Source: Trueperaceae bacterium
GTDB taxonomy: Bacteria; Deinococcota; Deinococci; Deinococcales; Trueperaceae
NCBI GenBank assembly: GCA_965215565.1
Contig: CBDCDZ010000004.1
Location: 2,272,001-2,336,000 of the forward strand
Length of the DNA: 64,000 nt
Direction of reading: 5' to 3'
Positions 59,072 through 64,000 of this stretch are shown here, one piece after another. A model generated the notes under the pieces. That model had not been told where the DNA came from and ran no database searches. It was given only the letters and a program-made list of their open reading frames with translations. Position numbers and translations under genes: made by a program. The stretch's first letter is position 1; every line of letters starts with the position of its first letter.

Positions 59072-60464
59072 ACTAACGGATGACAAAGCTAAGCTCGAGA
59101 CCCTGCTCGAGCACACCCTCCACACCGCCACCGAATTTTTAACCTCTTTAGACGAGAGAAGCGTCGCTATCTATCCTAAAGAGCAAACACATCAACCTCT
59201 CCCTAGTGAAGGACTAGGCGCAAAAAAGGCGCTCCAAGACTTTATGACTCGCTACGGCGAGGGACTTTCAGGTAGCGCAGGCTCGCGCTACTTCGGCTTC
59301 GTCACAGGCGGCGCGACGCCTGCGGCATTAGCGGGAGATTGGCTCACCTCGGTGTTTGACCAGAACGCGACGGGCTACGGCGATTCAGTTGCGCCCCTTG
59401 TCGAGTTGGAAGCGATTGCGATGCTCTTGGAGCTTTTCGGCTTGCCCAAAACCTTTAGCGGCGTGTTCGTTACGGGTGCAACGATGTCGAACATAACGGG
59501 TTTGGCGCTGGCGCGGCAGTGGGTGGGCAAAGAGCGCGGTGTGGATGTAGCGGAAGAGGGGTTGCGTGAGCCCATCCCCGTTCTAGCGGGAACGCCTCAT
59601 TCCTCTGTTTACAAAGCCTTAGCGATGCTGGGAATGGGGCGGCGTAGCGTCGAGAAAGTCGCCTGTTTAGAAGGGCGTGAGGCGGTGGATGTGGAGAGGT
59701 TGGAGGAGAGGCTCGAGCACCACAGTAGTCAAGGTCAACCCTGCATTGTCATCGCGAGCGCAGGTACGGTCAACACCGTAGATTATGACGACATCGCCGC
59801 GATTGCTAAGCTGAAAGAAAAATACCCTTTTTGGCTCCATGTGGACGGCGCGTTCGGCGGTTTTGCTGCCGTGTCACCGAAAACTTCTCACCTCGTCGTA
59901 GGCTGGGAACACGCCGACTCGGTTACGGTGGACAACCACAAATGGCTCAACGTCCCTTACGATTCCGGTGTGCTGCTTACTCGCCATAAAGAGTTACAGA
60001 CTGAGGTTTTCCAAAACGCTGCTGTTTACTTGGGCAACCCCTCGGATGAGCCCAACTTCGTTCACCTGACGCCGGAGAACTCGAGGCGTTTCCGCGCCCT
60101 GAGCGCTTGGATGACGCTGCAAGCGTACGGAAAAGAAGGCTACCGTGAGATAGTCGAGCGCTGTAGCGAGCTTGCTGAGCGGATGGGGACGTGGATTGAA
60201 GATTCACCTGAGTTTAAGCTACTCGCACCTGTGCAGATGAACGGCGTCTGCTTTACGTTGAGTGGCGAACCCACCGCTGAAGACATCGACGCTTACTTGA
60301 AGAGGTTGAGCGACGAAGGCGAGGTTTTCCTCACGCCGACGAACCTCTTCGGGATACCCGCTATTCGCAGCTCCATCAGCAACTGGCGCACCAATGAAGA
60401 AGACCTCGAGCGTGCTTGGAGCGCTATGCAACGCGCCCTCAAACCTGAGAGAATTGGGGCATGA
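59064..60464 (+). CDS. group II PLP-dependent decarboxylase (DDC/GAD family)
   Basis: RYFGFVTGG, SAGTVNT, WLHVDGAFG, DNHKWLNVPY. Confidence 0.92.
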   Translation: MSKLTDDKAKLETLLEHTLHTATEFLTSLDERSVAIYPKEQTHQPLPSEGLGAKKALQDFMTRYGEGLSGSAGSRYFGFVTGGATPAALAGDWLTSVFDQNATGYGDSVAPLVELEAIAMLLELFGLPKTFSGVFVTGATMSNITGLALARQWVGKERGVDVAEEGLREPIPVLAGTPHSSVYKALAMLGMGRRSVEKVACLEGREAVDVERLEERLEHHSSQGQPCIVIASAGTVNTVDYDDIAAIAKLKEKYPFWLHVDGAFGGFAAVSPKTSHLVVGWEHADSVTVDNHKWLNVPYDSGVLLTRHKELQTEVFQNAAVYLGNPSDEPNFVHLTPENSRRFRALSAWMTLQAYGKEGYREIVERCSELAERMGTWIEDSPEFKLLAPVQMNGVCFTLSGEPTAEDIDAYLKRLSDEGEVFLTPTNLFGIPAIRSSISNWRTNEEDLERAWSAMQRALKPERIGA

Positions 60465-61486
60465 GCCTATTTTTAGACGCCGCCAACGGCGCAGACACTT
60501 TCCGCGCTCCCATCTGGATCATGCGCCAAGCCGGGCGCTACCTCCCCGAATACCGCGCCATCAAAGAGAAGTCGAACTTCTGGGAGATGTGCCGCACGCC
60601 CGAGTTGGCCGCCGAGATCACCCTGCAACCGATTCGCCGCTTTGGGCTGGACGCTGCCATTTTATTTCAAGACATCATGACGCCGCTGCCGCCAATGGGC
60701 GTGAACATCGACTTTCGCCCCGGTCCGGTGTTTGAGGAGCCGATTCGCTCGGAAGAGGCGGTGGACGCGCTGCACGTTCCTGAAAAAGACGAGATTGCCC
60801 CTTACGTCGCAGACGCGATTAAACTCATCCGCGCGGACTCGCCTGTGCCCCTCATCGGTTTCGGCGGTGCACCGCTAACGCTGGCGACGTACATGATTCA
60901 GGGCGGCGGCTCCAAAGACTACGAGGACTTTCGGCAGTTTTTGCGCTACGCACCAGGGGCGGCGCACCGGCTCTTGGAGAAACTCACCGACGTCACCATC
61001 CGCTACCTCACCATGCAGCTTGAGGCGGGGGCGCAGGCGGTCCAGCTTTTCGACTCGTGGGCGGGCTTGCACACGGCGCGAACTTACGCTGAATTTGCCA
61101 AACCCTACAACCAGCGCATCTTCGACGCCCTCGCCGCTTACGACATCCCGCGTCTCTATATCGCGGTAGACGCCTTGCACCTTTACGGCGAAATCAAAGA
61201 CCTCTCGTGCGAAGTCGTAAGTGTAGATTGGCGCGTGCCGCTCTCGCACCTAAGACCGCTTCTACCCGGTAAAACGCTGCAAGGCAACTTAGACCCTGCC
61301 GTGTTGCTCGCACCACAAGAGGTCATAACCGAGGAGGCGGAGCGCGTGTTGCGCGAAGGCTTGGGCGGAGCGCATATCTTTAATTTAGGTCACGGCATCA
61401 TGAAGCAGACCGACCCGGAGAAGGTCAAGCATCTGGTGGAGACGGTCAAGGCGTTTGATAGGTGCACAGTTTTAGCGCAGCAATGA
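60461..61486 (+). CDS. hemE: uroporphyrinogen decarboxylase
   Basis: PIWIMRQAGRYLPEYR, QLFDSW, LQGNLDP, IFNLGHG. Confidence 0.97.
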   Translation: MSLFLDAANGADTFRAPIWIMRQAGRYLPEYRAIKEKSNFWEMCRTPELAAEITLQPIRRFGLDAAILFQDIMTPLPPMGVNIDFRPGPVFEEPIRSEEAVDALHVPEKDEIAPYVADAIKLIRADSPVPLIGFGGAPLTLATYMIQGGGSKDYEDFRQFLRYAPGAAHRLLEKLTDVTIRYLTMQLEAGAQAVQLFDSWAGLHTARTYAEFAKPYNQRIFDALAAYDIPRLYIAVDALHLYGEIKDLSCEVVSVDWRVPLSHLRPLLPGKTLQGNLDPAVLLAPQEVITEEAERVLREGLGGAHIFNLGHGIMKQTDPEKVKHLVETVKAFDRCTVLAQQ

Positions 61487-61622
61487 ACGACGTAAGAGGT
61501 TGGCTCGAGGAAGTTAGCGCCTCAGCATTTCGGCCTGTCAGGAAAAACCTGAAATGCTGATAGGCTTTCCTCCTAAGAGGTTGGCTCGAGCCCACACAAT
61601 ACCTTGTGTGATAAAATCAGAC

Positions 61623-61823
61623 ATGGCGACGAACTTACAGATTGACGATGAACTGCTCTTAGAGGCGCAGAAACTAGGCGACTTCAAAACCAAAAAGGAA
61701 ACAGTCAATCAGGCGCTCAGAGCGTTTATCGAGCACCACAAGCAGTTGGAGATATTGGAACTCGAGGGGCAAATTGAGTATTACGACGACTACGACTACA
61801 AGAAACAGCGGCGAAGACGGTAA
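61623..61823 (+). CDS. VapB-type (RHH, DUF2191-like) antitoxin
   Basis: MATNLQIDDELLLEA...TKKETVNQAL; TAAAAT hexamer before ATG. Confidence 0.85.
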   Translation: MATNLQIDDELLLEAQKLGDFKTKKETVNQALRAFIEHHKQLEILELEGQIEYYDDYDYKKQRRRR

Positions 61824-61825
61824 GT

Positions 61826-62239
61826 GTGGCAGTGAAGGTCATCGTTGACACCTCGGTGTGGTCACTCTTTCTAAGGCAGCGCAACCGCCCCGAGCCAGAG
61901 GTTGCTGCGCTAAAAAAACTCATTCGCGCTCAGCGTGTGCAGATGCTCGGCGTCGTTAAGCAGGAGTTACTGTCCGATGTTAAAGAGTCAAGGCGCTTCG
62001 ACCAATTCCTTTCCGTGCTAAAAGGCTTCCCCGACCTCCTTGCAAGTAACCATGACCACATTACGGCGGCGAGCTGTTACAACACCTGTCGAGCGAGAGG
62101 AATTCAGGGCTCAGCGGCTGACTTCTTGATTTGCGCTCAAGCCATCAACCACGACCTACCCTTGCTCACGACGGATAGAGACTTCTCCTATTTCGCCGAG
62201 CATCTACCTCTCGTCCTCTACTCAGAAAGGCTCAACTGA
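61826..62239 (+). CDS. PIN-domain toxin (VapC family)
   Basis: IVDTSVW, QELL, DFLICA, LLTTDRDF. Confidence 0.9.
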   Translation: MAVKVIVDTSVWSLFLRQRNRPEPEVAALKKLIRAQRVQMLGVVKQELLSDVKESRRFDQFLSVLKGFPDLLASNHDHITAASCYNTCRARGIQGSAADFLICAQAINHDLPLLTTDRDFSYFAEHLPLVLYSERLN

Positions 62240-63168
62240 TGCCTAGTCGCCGCAAGCGCGTCGTCAACCTCATGCGTGAAGGACAAGAAAAGCTCATCGC
62301 GACCTTTGAAGAGATTGACGGTGAGGGAACCTTTGAGCCGCACACCTGGGAGCGTCCCGGTGGTGGCGGTGGTTGGGCGAGAGTTTTAGAGGGGGGCAAG
62401 GTTTTTGAACGCGCAGGCGTCAACTACTCCGTGATTCAGGGTAAAGAGGTTCCCCCGAGCCTCGCCGCACATCACCCCGGCACGGAGGGCAAACCTTATT
62501 TCGTCACAGGCATCTCGATGGTCTTGCATCCGCGCAACCCTTACGCGCCCGCCTTTCACGCCAACTACCGCTATTTTGAAGTGGGTGAAGCAGGCGACGA
62601 GAGCGACGTGTGGTGGTTCGGTGGCGGCGCGGATATGACGCCGAACTATCCTTTCGAAGGGGACGCCGTTCACTTCCACCAAACGCTCAAAGCGCAGTGT
62701 GACCGCCATCCGGTAGGGGACTACGCCACGCTCAAAGAGACGTGCGACACCTACTTTTATATCAAGCATCGTCATGAAATGAGAGGTATCGGTGGTATCT
62801 TCTTCGATGAGCTTTCGCCGGTGGGTCAGGGCAACTGGGAGACGGATTTTTCTTTTGTGAGCGATGGGATTGAGACGATTTTAGAGGCGTATCCTCCCAT
62901 CGTCCGCAAACGCCTGGATACTCCTTACGGTGAACGTGAAAGACAGTGGCAACTCTATCGGCGCGGGCGCTACGTCGAATTCAACCTCGTGTATGACCGG
63001 GGGACGCTCTTCGGCTTACAGACGAGTGGCAACATCGAAGCGATTTTGATGAGTATGCCGCCCTTAGCGCACTGGGCGTTTAATGTTCAACCTGAAGCGG
63101 GCACGCCGGAAGCGAAGATGCTCTCTTTTTTGCAGCCGAGGGACTGGGTGAAGGAGCCGGTCAGCTAG
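62239..63168 (+). CDS. hemF: oxygen-dependent coproporphyrinogen III oxidase
   Basis: FERAGVN, HPRNPYAP..HANYRYF, WFGGG.D.TP, RGIGGIFFD, RRGRYVEFNLVYDRGT.FGL. Confidence 0.97.
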   Translation: MPSRRKRVVNLMREGQEKLIATFEEIDGEGTFEPHTWERPGGGGGWARVLEGGKVFERAGVNYSVIQGKEVPPSLAAHHPGTEGKPYFVTGISMVLHPRNPYAPAFHANYRYFEVGEAGDESDVWWFGGGADMTPNYPFEGDAVHFHQTLKAQCDRHPVGDYATLKETCDTYFYIKHRHEMRGIGGIFFDELSPVGQGNWETDFSFVSDGIETILEAYPPIVRKRLDTPYGERERQWQLYRRGRYVEFNLVYDRGTLFGLQTSGNIEAILMSMPPLAHWAFNVQPEAGTPEAKMLSFLQPRDWVKEPVS

Positions 63169-63343
63169 TCAGCATAGGTGAAGGCACAGGTGATCGCTGA
63201 ACAGGTGAAGGCTAAGAGCCTATAGAGCTTTGCTCTAACCTGTGCGACCGGCTTTACGCCGTAACCTGTAAAAGCCTTGAGCTTTGCTCTAACCTGTGTC
63301 AGCTTGTCAGGTTTTTGCCTTTCCTGAAGTGCTGACTAGCTGA
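63161..63343. repeat. intergenic element bounded by a perfect 14-bp IR, with internal direct repeats
   Basis: TCAGCTAGTCAGCA ... TGCTGACTAGCTGA; GAGCTTTGCTCTAACCTGTG twice; ACAGGTGA units mirrored by AACCTGT. Confidence 0.65.
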
Positions 63344-63359
63344 AATGCTAAACTACCCT

Positions 63360-63890
63360 ATGCTCAAACCTCACCCTTTCACCGTAGACGACTTTATGGT
63401 TATGGTCAATGCGGGGCTTTTTGAGGACCAGCGCGTCGAACTTCTTGATGGGATGATTGTTGATACGAGCCCCGCTGACTCTAACCATGAATACACTATT
63501 GACAAATTGGGGAAACGTTTTTACCAGATGCTACCCGAGGATACACTGCTGCGCGTGCAAAATTCCATCGATATTGTACGTTCTGAGTGGCTCCCCCACC
63601 CTGATATCACAGTTATCGAACAGAAATATTCTCAGTCGCGCCCCACGCCGAAGAATGTGTTCTTTCTCGTTGAAGTCGCTAACACGTCGCTCCAACTCGA
63701 TCTAGGACATAAGCGCAGTATCTACGCGAAAGTCGACATCAAGGACTATTGGGTTGCCGATATCAACACCGAACGGTGGACCGTTCACCGCGAGCCCAAA
63801 GGCGAGCGATACGAAACAGTCTTTGAGGTTCCTTTCGGCGAAGCGTTCGCGCCCTTAGCCTTTCCTAACGACGTTCACGTGTGGCTCTAA
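63360..63890 (+). CDS. Uma2 (DUF820) family protein
   Basis: FTVDDF...RVELLDG, PHPDI, LVEVANTSL..D...K..IYA...DYWVAD. Confidence 0.9.
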   Translation: MLKPHPFTVDDFMVMVNAGLFEDQRVELLDGMIVDTSPADSNHEYTIDKLGKRFYQMLPEDTLLRVQNSIDIVRSEWLPHPDITVIEQKYSQSRPTPKNVFFLVEVANTSLQLDLGHKRSIYAKVDIKDYWVADINTERWTVHREPKGERYETVFEVPFGEAFAPLAFPNDVHVWL

Positions 63891-64000
63891 ATCTAAGTGG
63901 TTCTCGTTTACGTTCAGCATTTTCTCAGCGATGAAGGGCGGCGCTACTTTCCCACTTGGCTGAAAGAAACGGCTGACGCGCTTCGCTCATTTGAAGGATT

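Noticed and set aside
8287..61979. Apparent Gly-to-Asp changes in conserved motifs (MBL 'LTDD', antiporter 'MNDRG', PIN 'LSDV') as systematic hypermutation
   Set aside because: Based only on recalled consensus for three sites; it cannot be distinguished from natural variation or sequencing error without alignments.

Overview
GC-rich bacterial chromosomal window. Gene content and style point to Deinococcota, probably a Truepera-like lineage (inference): futalosine menaquinone genes, multiple Uma2/DUF820 genes, tandem deoxynucleoside kinases, an ATP-cone/2-phosphoglycerate-kinase-like protein and frequent -10 hexamers directly in front of start codons. It carries mostly housekeeping genes (glyA, dnaG, mqnE/mqnA, murE, pdp, moeB, thiolase, pncB, ribH-ribE-ribBA under an FMN riboswitch, hflX, pgeF, a DEAD-box helicase, hemE, hemF), two VapBC-type toxin-antitoxin pairs inside the heme cluster, a degenerate IS1 and at least five families of small intergenic repeats/MITEs. 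No rRNA, convincing tRNA or CRISPR array was seen. Best candidates for undescribed systems: (1) a translationally coupled operon at 5398-10632 (mini-ORF, SDR, non-canonical QueA paralog, VOC, MBL-fold, SnoaL) ending in an AirS-like Cys-motif GAF kinase and LuxR regulator; (2) an output-less DUF4388/PATAN-like-dCache-HAMP receptor paired with a second DUF4388-like protein (21151-23219). Other notable items are an ATT-initiated hflX, a PAP2 with an RHH-like tail, mirrored 7-nt-periodic intergenic elements and a candidate structured RNA upstream of the DEAD-box helicase. All product calls come from motif recognition by eye; no database searches were run.
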